A DNA stretch of 63,759 nt, filler included, from Stramenopiles sp. TOSAG23-3 (lineage: Eukaryota), in assembly GCA_900128585.1 (NCBI GenBank). It is 10 parts of 10 records of this genome, joined end to end, with 100 filler letters (N's around TTAATTAATTAA, not from the genome) between each part and the next. Parts side by side here need not be neighbours in the genome. Positions count along the whole stretch, not along the records: positions 9,573 to 19,040 come from LT642917.1; positions 19,141 to 28,601 come from LT642918.1; 8 more parts are not named here. One strand, given 5' to 3'. Under the pieces are notes generated by a model. That model was not told the DNA's origin, ran no database searches, and was given only the letters and a program-made list of their open reading frames with translations. The position numbers were made by a program, and so were the translations under genes. Each line of letters opens with the position of its first letter. Position 1 is the stretch's first letter. This document shows, piece after piece, positions 9,742 to 21,998 of this stretch.

Positions 9742-12700
9742 ATGTTCGCCAAATACATTGTCCTCGTGTATTGTTTGCTCGCGGGCGCGGCTGCCTCCCA
9801 TTTTCGCTTTGGCAGCCTCTCGTGGTCGCGCGATACTTCTAGTCCTGGGTATACAATAAAATTAAAAGTACACTTTGCGTACCGAAGGGGGTTCTTCCGC
9901 CCTCAGCGGAATGTTGGCGACGAATTTTATGGGGGGAGAATCAAATGGGGAGATGGAAAGTCCAGCACATGCGGGCCGTTGAAAGTCAATCCCGGTGGAG
10001 TTTACACCGCTGACTCGGCGGCCGACGAATGGACGGACGCTACGGGTGAAATGACGCACACGTACTCTCAGGATTTCATCGACAAAAACCTTGCCGACTG
10101 GGAAATTTATCTTTCCAGCTGCTGCAGGATTTCAACTTTGATGAAAAACAAAAACTCGGGGTACAAAGTCTATACCGTAGTGCCCGCCCTGGAGTTTTTA
10201 AACAACAAAGCAGGCCCGAGTATGAACGTTTTCCCGCTCCTTACCATACCTATCCAGAAAGGGATTGTTACGCAAGAGATTGCTGCATCGGATCCCTACG
10301 GCGCAGACAATTTGACATTTGCGTGGGCGTCCAAGAAATATGCGTGCGGGTGCACGACGTGTTCATGTGCTCTGCCAAACACTTATAAAGGGTCTCTGGC
10401 GATAAACGCATCCACGGGGGCGCTGTCATGGGACACGGACGCATTAGGAAAGAGTGATGTCGGCACGTATCCAGTCCAAGTGAAAGTCACGAACAGCAAG
10501 GGGAGTGTATCTGTCGTTGATTTTATTATTAACTTAATAGACAGTTCTCCAAAGTACTTTTGCGCGCTTACTGGCACACGGTGCGATAAGGATTTTGGGT
10601 GCGGAACGCGCTCAGTGGTAACCAAAAAAACCGTTTCGACATGGCATTACTCGGACAACAAGAAGTATCAAAACTTGTATTTGGCCAGTCCAATACTCGA
10701 TGTACGACTGCTCCAAAAGCGAGGGGTCGTGAAATCCTTACCAGGCAAGAATTGGGGGTTCACTTCAAAGTCCATATGGACTAGCGGAAAATTTCGTGGA
10801 AAGTTTGAGGTCAAGTACGGCAAAAACGATACTGCGCATGATTTAACGCTTGTCAAGAAAGGCAAGATTTGTTTTTTCAGAGGCCTACGATACAAACGTG
10901 TTCCCAGTGTTTGCAGGATCCAGTTTATGGGCGTATACCGTGACAAACAAACTCGAGCCATACCAGGGGGCATGGACCGAGTACGACCAAACACGGACGA
11001 AAACCGGAAAAAGAAGCTTGAGGCTTTTATCCAAGAGCTCTCGAAACGGGGCGAAAAGGTCGGTTACTACGCCATCCAATACGGCAACCAAGTGTTTAAA
11101 ACCGTTGGCGACCAAATGAACCTTGATTACGAAAAGTACGGCCTAGTAGATGCGCAAAAATCAAGCGGCAGGTTTTCAGAAAACTCTCTCGGTTTATCGA
11201 TTGACGGCTGCGTCGGCGCCGTAAACGTAGCCGGGGGCTCCTGGGAGAATGCAGTATACCGTATTACGCTGGGCGGGGCTCCGCTGTACAGGCGCACAAA
11301 ATACATTGAGATCCACAACCGATACTACTTTAACTCAAAGCGAAAAATTGAGTTCGATAAGATGAGCATTGTCGATGGCAACGATACGAAGGTGTCTGTG
11401 TCTTCCGATGCTACCGTTTCGTGCAGTGGAACTTGTCCCACTGGAATTAAAGCTGCTGCTTTAGCCGCGCTGGATCCATCTTCTGTTACAGAAGGTCCTC
11501 GGTCGACGAAGGGGAAAAGTGTCACCCTAACGGTGACTTTAAAGGATACCCTTGTCGTGAAGAAGATTGAATTCTCAGAAGTGCCAAAAAGCATGTACAG
11601 AACGTACGTTCAGCTGTACGATTCGGAGCATAGTTTGATCCACACAAAGGTAATAAGGTACCGGGGGAGTGGCAAAAAGAATCAACCCTTGACCTTTGCA
11701 ACAACAAAGACTGTCGGCAAGTACGTCGAAGGAAACGCAATCGATTGCCACAATCAACTCAAGGCAGCCAAAACTCCAGCGCCATTTATGCAGATGATAG
11801 GGAGATATTGTTATGTTCCGTATTACAACAAGACGTACGTAGAAGGTGACATGCCGGACCTGTTCTGTAACCAGTACGGCGCAAAGTGGTACACATGGTC
11901 GATGTTGGACTTATATATGCGGAAGGGGGCCAACAACGAATGCGTGAAGGACGCGTCTCCAACGTTTGAAGGTGTTCCACAGAGCTTAATAAGAAAAAAC
12001 GAAGGCGATATTTTGGAGTTTGAAATAAATGTGACCGACGTCAATACTCTTACCTCCGTTAGTCTGATGGGATCAGACATTCCTACAGGCGCCAATTTTC
12101 GACCACACCCAAAACACATCAGCCGTTCGTTTCAAAATGGTCGGTGTGTTTTACAAAACGACAAATACGATGTCTCGTCGGGTGTGTACCAATTGGACAC
12201 TCTTTCAAATGGACTTGGCGATTCTAGGCTAGAGGAATGTCTAGCAAAATGCAAGAACTATACGATTCACGGAGACCCCACTGGCTGTCAAATAGTGTAT
12301 AACAAAAAACGCAACGATGGCTGTTTTGTTCACACAAAGCCAGTGTCGCATAGCAAAGGGGACACGGAGTACACCAAATGCGCGATCATACTCGAGAACT
12401 CGAAAATGAGTCCCGTGTTCGATGCCGGTGGAATTGGAAAGATTTCGGGGACCTTTTCGTGGGCGATCCCCCAAGGATCTGTGGGGGCGTACAACATCAT
12501 GCTGGAGGCGCGAAGCGGTCTATCCGATGAAATGCCTGTCTATCGATCTTTAAAGATTCTTGTAACGCAGATCAACGCGCCCCCAACCGATATAGTGGCG
12601 AGTCCAGCGGGGGTACTGTACGTACACGAGCATGCTGTACCAGGAACTCGCGTTGCATCTCTTACCACAGTTGATGTAAACGCGGGGGACACGCACGAAT

Positions 12701-15700
12701 ACGTACTTTCGGACAACGCAAACGGAAAGTTTGATATCACGTCGAACATATTACGCGTCGGGCAGCAAACTATTGATTTTGAAAGTTTACAGACGACAAC
12801 ACTTGAAGTAAAGGTAAGAGCCAGTGACGGAAAGGGAGGAAACATCACTAAAATATTTAAAATTCAAATCGTTGATGTTAACGAGTCTCCCACTGATATT
12901 TTGTTGAGCAACACTACCATTCCTGAAAATGCTCCAAAAGGAACTCTTGTGGGGTTATTGTCTGCCGTTGACCCAGACAGGCATCTATACAATTGGTGGA
13001 AGCGTGACTTTTACATAGAAACTCGGGGAGCCATGCACTTGTGGTTGAAAATTGAAGGCAACAGACTCATACAAAACGTAAACGCTTTCGACTTTGAACG
13101 TGTGAAGGAATTATCCGTATTTGTAAAAGTAGTAGACTCGGGGGGGCTTGTCGTTGTCAAAAAAAGTTACAGTGAACATTCTCGATGTGAACGAGCCACC
13201 AACAGCTATTCTTATCGGGGGGGCGATTCAAATTTTGTCCGCTGAATACGGCACAAATTGTTTGCCAGAATCACACTACTGCAATGCAAGTAATTCTAAC
13301 TGTCAATGTCTACGTCCAATGTGTATGGACCTAAAATTGAAATGCAACGGAAGAAGCTATTGTGACTACAATATCACAAATGCTCCAGCGTACAAGAAAG
13401 AGACCCATGCGGACGGTTGCAAAAATGATTATTTTGTTATTTATCGATGCGGTTCTACGGGGCATGAACAAACGTTGCACATGACAGGAAATCAGATGGC
13501 GGCGGGAACTGTGACAATATCTTGCACCACCCATGGAACCATCGCAGAGAATTCGGCAGCGGGGGCTGTTGTTGCCAATCTATCGGCAGTTGATCCTGAC
13601 GTGGACCAGACGTTCCAATTCAGCATTGTGTCAAAAGAGATGTCAAACTATGCTTTCATGCTCGAAGCCAATGCTCTTGTGACAAATTCAACGGAACCGC
13701 TGAACTATGAATTGAACCGGGCGCTTCTTGTAGATATTCTTGTCGTGGACTCGGGAGTGCCTGCCCTATCGTACCAACAGTCCGTTTTGGTAAATATTGA
13801 AAACGTGCAAGAAGCCCCTCTATTGAACCCCGACTCATTTTCAGTATTGGAACAAAGCCTTGTAGGGACAATTGTAGGGACTGTGAAGGCGACTGCCGAC
13901 TCGGCATACTCCGAAGGAATTAAATTCTCTATTGTTGGTGGTTCCCAATCCGATTATTTTGGAATCCACTCGTGCTCTGGGGTATTGTTTGTGAAGCGCC
14001 GTGTACCATACCAAAATGACATAGGGTCCCACACGATTACCGTTCAAGCGGAAACTGAGAAGCCAGTAACTGCCACAATCACAATTAATGTCAACAGACC
14101 AAATCAGGCGCCAGTCGTGCCACTAGTAGACGTAAAAGTTGCGGTTCGTGAAAATGTAAAGCAAGGCTTCTCCGTCGTTGCCTTGCCCCTGTACGCAAGC
14201 GATCCCGATGGTGATGATATGACGTTTACTTTACTGGAAGGAAACGAGGAAAATCTATTTTACATTGAAAATTTGCACAGCAATAATTTGACAATGTCAT
14301 CAAATAGACTCAATTTCGAAGCGAAGGGCACCCATCGTTTAGCCGTTCGTGTTTCTGATACGGCCGGGTTATTTTCTATATTCATAGTAGAAATTGAAGT
14401 AATCGACCAAAACGATCCCCCCTATTTACGAGATGGTTACTCTCGCATTTCTGAAAACGCTGCCTTTGGGCATAATGTCGGCAAATTGGAAGTAGTTGAC
14501 GAGGACACTAGAAACCAACAGTTTACGTTTCATATTCTGTCTGGAAACGACGGGGATGCTTTCAGGATCAATTCTGCCACGGGCGAATTGACGGTGAATG
14601 ATCCGAATACTCTTGATTTTGAATCGGACCGTCGAGTTTATGCAATTGTTGTAAGTGCCAGTGATCATTCCAATGCATTTGGGGGAAACAGTGGTCATGT
14701 ACGGTCATTTTCGCTCGTAAACATATCAGGTAGCGTTGGCGGCAACGCTACGCTGCGCAAAGCCGCTAAATTACCGCTTGAAGAATCATTACCAACCAGT
14801 GGAACCCAGATAGCTACTGGGAGAATAATAAATAACCAAATAGTCATTCATTTCACAGAGGCATTGACAAGTCGGGGGGCTTACCCGCATATTGATGATT
14901 TTACAGTATTGGTGGAAATGAAAGTAGCTGCAATTGACAGCGTTGCTATAGACGCCACTGATAACCGGAAACTTGTTCTAAGTATGCAGACTGGGGTTAG
15001 TCTTGGGGCCGGCGACAAGCATGTTGCTGTTCACTACATGCATTTTGGAGCAAACCAAACCAGCAATGCGGCAACAATTCACGTTGCTGTGGAAGATGCG
15101 AACGATGCCCCAGATTTAAAACTTTCTAACGTCAGTTTTTTGGTGTCAGAAAGTGCAGTTCCCCAGCAGTATTTTTCTGATCCTCTGCTTTTGCACACAT
15201 TTGACCAGGACGAGCGAACTATGTTTTCTTATATGCTTGGAAATACAACAGGGGGTGAAGCCAATATTTTTTATATTAACCCGACTGATGGTAGATTGGG
15301 AACATTTGGGGGCTACCACCAACTTGATTACGAGTCAAAGGCAACATACAATTTGATAGTTCGTGTTGAAGACAACAACGGTTTATCTGCCGAAGCAGCT
15401 ATAGTTGTTCAAGTAGTAGACGTGAATGAAGAGCCAGAATTGCCTCACATGATAAATAGATACGTTTCTGAAGGAGAAGCGGCTGGGTCCCATGCAACCG
15501 TTGACACATCTGGTGTGTATATTGATGGGGCAGAAGTTGAAAATCAGTTCTGTGGATCTGACGAAGACGGGGGGCAAAACGGCTTGCTTAATATATCTCT
15601 TACGGATACAATTGACGGTAAATTTATTCTCTCCAAGTCGAATTTAAACATGTCGCTGTTTTGTTATTTCATAAATATAACTGAAAAACTGGACTTTGAG

Positions 15701-18700
15701 GATAGTGCATTTCCACCACTTCAGCATTTTTATGAGCCAACGATAGAGGCGACAGATGGGGGTCAACCCAGGTTGTTAGAGACCGTATCAGCGCGCATTA
15801 ATGTTGTTAATAAAAATGAGCCCCCTTTATTTCCCCCCGGCCCTTTAGCAATTAACTTGCCTAGTAACACCCCGGTTAATTCGGAGTTCGGCCCGGTTCT
15901 CTTTGCAACCGATCCAGACATGCCGGATACAATAAAATACACGCTCGATTCAGACGTCTATGCATTAAGAAATATATCGAAGGGGAAGAACGGGGCAAGT
16001 CTGGTATTAAAATCGGGCAGTGTAAGCGGAAGCTATAACTTGAAAATATACGCAAATGATACGCTAGGGTCATATGGTACCCTTGATGTTGTTATAACAA
16101 TTATCAACACAAACAATGCACCAAATGTATCATCTGATACATTTATGATAGAAGAAAATATTGCTAGTGGGGCCTTTATCGGTTCTGTGCAAAGTGTGGA
16201 TTATAATGGGGATCGTATGGCATTCGCTATCAGCAGTGGAAACGAAGAAAAATTATTTAGCATAGAACCTTCCTCTGGCAACATAAAATACGCCCCCAGC
16301 GGCTTGCAAACTATAGACTTCGAACGTTCTACTACATATTCATTGATGGTACAGGTCACGGATGACAATGAAAGTCCTCTACATTCATATGGGGTTATCA
16401 CTATTGAAGTTTTAAATGTTAACGAGGCACCTTACATTAAAGGGGCACAGTTGTATGAAAAAGAGGGGTTTCCAAAAGGTTGCCTGCACACTGTCGGCGC
16501 GGCAGACGTTGACAAAAACGACAAGCTCCGGTTCAGTATCCGTGCGCCTCCTAGCACACTAGCTATGTCTACAACAAACTCATTACCAGGATACAACTCC
16601 AATGGAACAAAATTTAAAAGCGAGCACGTCCAAACCGTATCGTCAGCTAACGAGGCAGCATATAATGTGCCTCTTCGTATTGACGCTGTTACAGGTAAGA
16701 TTTACGCCACAGAACCATTCAATTTCGAAGTGCGTCAAGAGCATAGATTCGTTGTATCCGTCAGAGATACGGAAGGGGCCTCTGCAAGCGCATATTTCGT
16801 CCTTTTTGTATCCGATGTGAATGAACGACCAAGGCTGCTTCCTCAGACATTTTATGTTATGGAGAATAGCCCTGCGGGCACAACAATTGGGCATGCATTG
16901 TCATACGAAGATGAGGACAACGGACAACTGCACAATTTTGAAATTTTGTCGGGCAATACAAACAACCTCTTTACGCTGAGCAAATCGGGGGTCTTAAGTG
17001 TGGAATCAGGTGAACAGCTTGATTTTGAAAATTCGAAATTTTATTCTCTAAAAATTAGAATCACTGACTCGGGCCTCAAGATGCAAAATCGTTTGTCTAG
17101 TTCCGCAGAGGTAAAAATAAATGTACTTGATGAAAATGAACCACCAGTGTTTCCAGAACGTGTATCCCATATTAGGTACGTAAGCGAAAGATCACAACCA
17201 GGGGAATTGGTTGGGAACCCAGTAATTGCAGCGGATCCTGACCAATCCCAGAGTTTAGTATATTCGTTAAGGCAGTCAAATCTTGCCGCATCGGACCAAT
17301 GCTCGTGCTCGGGCATGTCACCATGTAAAGAAAAGGATGGTACACCCCCGTCTTGTATTGCTAAGCGGTTTTCCAAAGAATCAGAATGGCGTTGTCCTTC
17401 AGATACGATCGATTGCTCCGGCGGTCGACCATCTAGCGTGGAACTGGATAAACTAAGGGATATAAAATGGAAGATTTTATTTCGTCAAACGTATGAAACA
17501 CTGTGCAATAAACCTCTTGGTGTTAACCTAGTGAGTGACAAAAATAATTCTATGCTGGTTTTGGGCGGAATTTTGAACCCTGTTTCATCTGGTATTTTGG
17601 TTGCAGTGATCGAAGACGGGACCTTCTCGATTGAGACGTTTGCTATTTTTGATATATATGGGGACGATTCTGAAAATAAGAACCTTGTAAAGTTCTTGAG
17701 GAGTATTGAAAATGGTAAAATAGTATTCATTGTTTCGAACTCTCGCCCGTTTGAATATGACAATGTTCCGCGCCACATAAAACGGAGAGTGGTAAAACAA
17801 ATAAAAAAAGTGGGGGGCTCAGACAGTTTTCGGTACCACCACTTGGACAATCACCATGCGTTTGTACTGGCGGGTAGAAAAGGTGCAAATGCGGGTTCTG
17901 TTCCACAACGTTTGGCGTATAAAAGCAACGTAGAGTTATCCTGCGCCGACATGGACAGCTTTACCATTAGCTTTAACGATCGAGGAAATTCTGTCCTTGA
18001 TACAACCAAAACATATAGTTACCACTACCCAAATTTTCAGGTCGATTTGAAGGGCTGGACGCACAGCAGAAAAAAATACGATGGATTTTCGTTAGAAAAA
18101 GGAGGGGCGGCGTCGGCGACCGTTCGCGGGCTTGTGCCGCACTCCATTTACACGTACGATATCTACCAGCGCTCCGATACCACAGAATCAGGCAAACGTT
18201 TTGTTTATGTGAATGGCAAATCTGTGACGACCGAGCGGCCATCTTCAAACAATCTTCCGTCTGCTTCCGGTGATGCTAGGTCGAATTCAGAGGGGGAAAT
18301 CTCTTTTTTGTTCTCTCATGAAAATTTTTACGTCTCCTTATCTGCACTGAAGATCAAAGCGAGGGAAGCCGACCCCTCATCGTTTTTGAGAGTAAACCCA
18401 GGAAACCCCAGTGCCGCCTTGTATTCAATACTGGACCACATTGAAAACTATCGAAATTTAGATGGGACTTTTATTTTCAAGTTGGTATGGCCAAAAATGA
18501 AATTTGATGCTGCAACATCGACGAATAGTATAGTTTGGAGGCAGACAACAAACCCTATAAACGCCGATGAACTTCTGTGTGAGATTGAGTTTCTTGGTAT
18601 CTGGAAAGACAACAAAGATAGTCGAGTATTCCCTGGGGACGGCAAGCGCGTTACAACCGATATGGGAAGTACAATTGCTAATTTTGTGAATTCCGTACGA

Positions 18701-19040
18701 GATGATGGTGCTGTCTCTGGGGTCTTTGCGATTCAGGATGGGGATCAAGTCTGGACAAGCATCGACGAAAATTTGAGTTATAAAATCCACGGAAAAATAT
18801 CTAACCAAAAAGCTACTGGACCGCGCTCAAACAACAACCTGGGAATAACGACAAGCAACTGTCAAGGGACCGTAAACGTGGCGGGTGGTTATCTTCAAAA
18901 TGCTATCTACAAAGTATCTATTGGCGCTGCCGTGAAGGGACTGGAAGTATCGAACCAACAGTTCAAAAATTTTCAAGGCCTCAGTAGAACCCGGCGGGCT
19001 GGTAATTATGTAAATCCAACTGGCCGGCAGCGAACATATT
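9742..19040 (+). CDS. Giant secreted/surface cadherin-repeat adhesin, split by one apparent +1 frameshift at about 13140-13165 and truncated at the contig end
   Basis: Signal peptide then SHFRFGSLSW; many cadherin motifs (DFE, DxNExP, DPD, ENS); ORFs 9685-13245 and 13148-19096 overlap, and the join restores DSGG..KKVTVNILDVNEPP. Confidence 0.88.
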
Positions 19041-19236
19041 NNNNNNNNNNNNNNNNNNNNNNNNNNNNNNNNNNNNNNNNNNNNTTAATTAATTAANNNN
19101 NNNNNNNNNNNNNNNNNNNNNNNNNNNNNNNNNNNNNNNNTACCGAAAAAAACAAAACAAAAAGTAGCAGGTGTACCTCCTATATATTTAAAATTTACGG
19201 AAGATTTACATTTTATATAGTCTATGATAATGAGGA

Positions 19237-19280
19237 TAATTTAGGCACAGATTATGTGCCTAAATTACCTCCTCCCTAGT
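19237..19280 (+). repeat. Perfect 13-bp inverted repeat followed by CTAG|T (Helitron 3'-end-like)
   Basis: TAATTTAGGCACA-gatta-TGTGCCTAAATTA (19237-19267), 8-nt spacer, CTAG at 19276-19279, then T. Confidence 0.5.
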
Positions 19281-20220
19281 AAAAAACCAAAATATATAGT
19301 AGTCCTCCCTAGTAATACACTGTATTTACTATTTTATACCAAAACAGAGTAAATTTTTTGTCGTGATGAGAGTTTGGTATTTCAATGTTAACGTAGCTGA
19401 ATGCATCTCAAAAAACAGCGCAATGCTTTCGAAGTATAAGTTTGAGATAAACTGAATTATACTTTTAAAAAAAAAATAGTTTTTTTCTTATTTTGTAAAA
19501 CACACGCATAATATAATTAAAAACAAATTATATATTAGTATGTTTTAAGTCAAAAAAGAAAAGAAAAAAGAAGGTAAAACCGTTCACAAACTAGAAAGTT
19601 TTGTTTTGCGATTTCTAGTTCATAGCCAAAAAATGAGAGGAAAAGGTCCAGTACTTTTGGAGAAAAGTCTATATTTGTGTGTCCAGATTAACCGTCATTT
19701 CGGGGATTTAACCAGACGTTTTCCATTTCAGGCTTGAGTGCTACATGCGGGACAATTTTCTTTGTTGTGCTTGCGGTGTGGTTCTGTTTTCACGATAGTA
19801 AAGAAGATTTGGACAACGATGTCGCAGAAAAAAATGGCAATGAGGATAAAAAGTCTCAATGATGAGAACTCCTCGCAATCTCACTCTACTGCTAAAAGTT
19901 ATGCTGACGTTCGATTTTGTTTCTTTTGTGAATTATTCATTCAAAAATAAAGTTGTATCATTAAATTAAGCTATATCAAATGATAAGAATTATAGTGTGT
20001 GTACGATAACGTATGTTAAGTGGCATTCCTTTGATGTACTGCACGACCACCAATTAGTGGCGGAGCCTTGTTATTCCTAATTCTTGGCACGGTTAGGGGG
20101 GCTACCCCACCCAACTGATTCAGCCTTAAAGTCGAAACGTCCGTCCTCAATAAACAACTGATTGATCCTCAAACACGTCCTCATATTCCATGTCATCGAC
20201 CGTAGATTATTTCCTATTAA

Positions 20221-20892
20221 TCAAATAGTCACATTGGCCATCATTCTCGGCTTTCCAGCCATGCAACGGGTTCTGCACTGATCATACTCGTCCCATGTTA
20301 GCCTTCGCCCCTCGAGACTTGATTCGATGGATTCAAGCGACCGTTCACCTCGCAAGCGTTGTGTATCGAACCCTCTCATTCGCGGTAAAACGTCGCAACC
20401 TTCTTCATCAGAAAGCATGCCTTTGCACCTGCAGGAAAACACGCACACACCCTGTGTTTCCCACCACGCACCGGGAAGCACCCCCGCGGCCTTTAGCGCC
20501 TTTGTTGCTTGCCTTACGTAGCGTTTGCCTTTTATGCCTACGCCACAGATATCGCGGCATCGATCAAAGTTATCGCTTTTTACCAAACACGACGGTTTGG
20601 GACAACCTGGCTCCCTTTCTTGTTGGTCATAGAAAAAAGGTGACCACCTAGTGCAACGGTCGCAGCTTTGCTCACAATTCCTCCTGCAACCTGCCGCGGT
20701 CGCTAGGAAGCCGTCGGGCGGTACGCAGCCATTTCTACTAGAAATGCAATTTTCGTAGCACGAAATTTTAATTTCGCCAGTCCCGACGTAGGGTTTTCTG
20801 AATCCAGCATTACATCTTGCTGGAGTTCGAGAGGCGGTCGCACTGATAGTACAAAGGCCTGCCACCAATAGTAAAGTAGGAATGGATCTCAT
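20221..20892 (-). CDS. Secreted cysteine-rich protein
   Basis: Signal peptide MRSIPTLLLVAGLCTISATAS; many Cys; RLRGERSL and GRRL motifs near the C-terminus. Confidence 0.75.
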   Translation of the reverse strand: MRSIPTLLLVAGLCTISATASRTPARCNAGFRKPYVGTGEIKISCYENCISSRNGCVPPDGFLATAAGCRRNCEQSCDRCTRWSPFFYDQQEREPGCPKPSCLVKSDNFDRCRDICGVGIKGKRYVRQATKALKAAGVLPGAWWETQGVCVFSCRCKGMLSDEEGCDVLPRMRGFDTQRLRGERSLESIESSLEGRRLTWDEYDQCRTRCMAGKPRMMANVTI

Positions 20893-21159
20893 GATAGATA
20901 TTGGTTTTACTGTGTATTCAATTGTTTTTCTTTATTGCTTTCGTTTCTTCGTTCTTATGTAAATGTTTGTTTTGAAAATTCTGTGTTTTGTGTACATGAC
21001 CATTTGACTAGAAGTGATCGCGTGGTGATCGTGTGGATGAGTGTGGGTGCGTGCACGTGCATGGGATGGATCATTTTGAAGGAAGAACTGACAACGAACA
21101 CAAACAAATAACTTCAATGCTATTCTCTCTATTAATTATTATTAATTAATAATATTCTT

Positions 21160-21290
21160 NNNNNNNNNNNNNNNNNNNNNNNNNNNNNNNNNNNNNNNNN
21201 NNNNNNNNNNNNNNNNNNNNNNNNNNNNNNNNNNNNNNNNNNNNNNNNNNNNNNNNNNNNNNNNNNNNNNNNNNNNNNNNNNNNNNNNNN
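21160..21290. other. Intra-scaffold N gap (smaller gaps at 21925-21928, 22755-22765, 23596-23609)
   Basis: N runs without the TTAATTAATTAA core. Confidence 0.95.
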
Positions 21291-21697
21291 TATTAAAATA
21301 TTATAGTCCTCTCCTTGACATACCAGACAGCTGAACTGTTTGTTAATTTATATAGAACCTCGTATACTTATTAGAGTACGTGTACGTATACGAGTTACTT
21401 CGACCTCAAAATTAACAGACAGACAGCTGAATGCTATAATACGAGGATTGCACCATAGATCAATTTTGGATTTAGTATGCATCTTTCATTATTTATTATG
21501 ATTGGTTAGCAAATTGTCCAGAGTTAATTAATATTATTACAGCATTAATGCTATTGTTATATACATAAAATAATAAAAAATATAGTCGTCTAGTCTACGA
21601 GGTATATACTCTAAAAAATCATTATCAATCAAAATTAGTACTAATCAAATCCCCAATATTCCCTTAAATTTCCCCAATATTACTATGGGGACCTGGA

Positions 21698-21742
21698 TGT
21701 AATGTTTGTAATGTTTGTAATGTTTGTAATGTTTGTAATGTT
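21698..21742 (+). repeat. Tandem 9-mer (TGTAATGTT)x5
   Basis: Read directly from the sequence. Confidence 0.9.
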
Positions 21743-21998
21743 TCTGGTGAATTTATTAACGACGCCTTCGGCTCCGTATACTTGCAACAACATTCTTTGC
21801 GTTGTTAATCCGTTCTTTAGCATTTTTGACTGTGTGCAAGCCTGCCTGGCTTCCCTGCGATCCTTGCAGCTTCACTTCATTTGCGGGGATATTCTGGATA
21901 GACTTGCAAAGGATTAGACGTCTTNNNNTATCTGTTATCATATATGATACTTAATTTATTTTAAAATTATGTAATAATTTTGGACCACTCTCCTCTTA

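Noticed and set aside
13140-13170. Tiny intron as an explanation of the adhesin frameshift
   Set aside because: The GT-AG pairs ending at the A run are 11, 14 or 17 nt, which do not restore the frame and would delete a cadherin strand.
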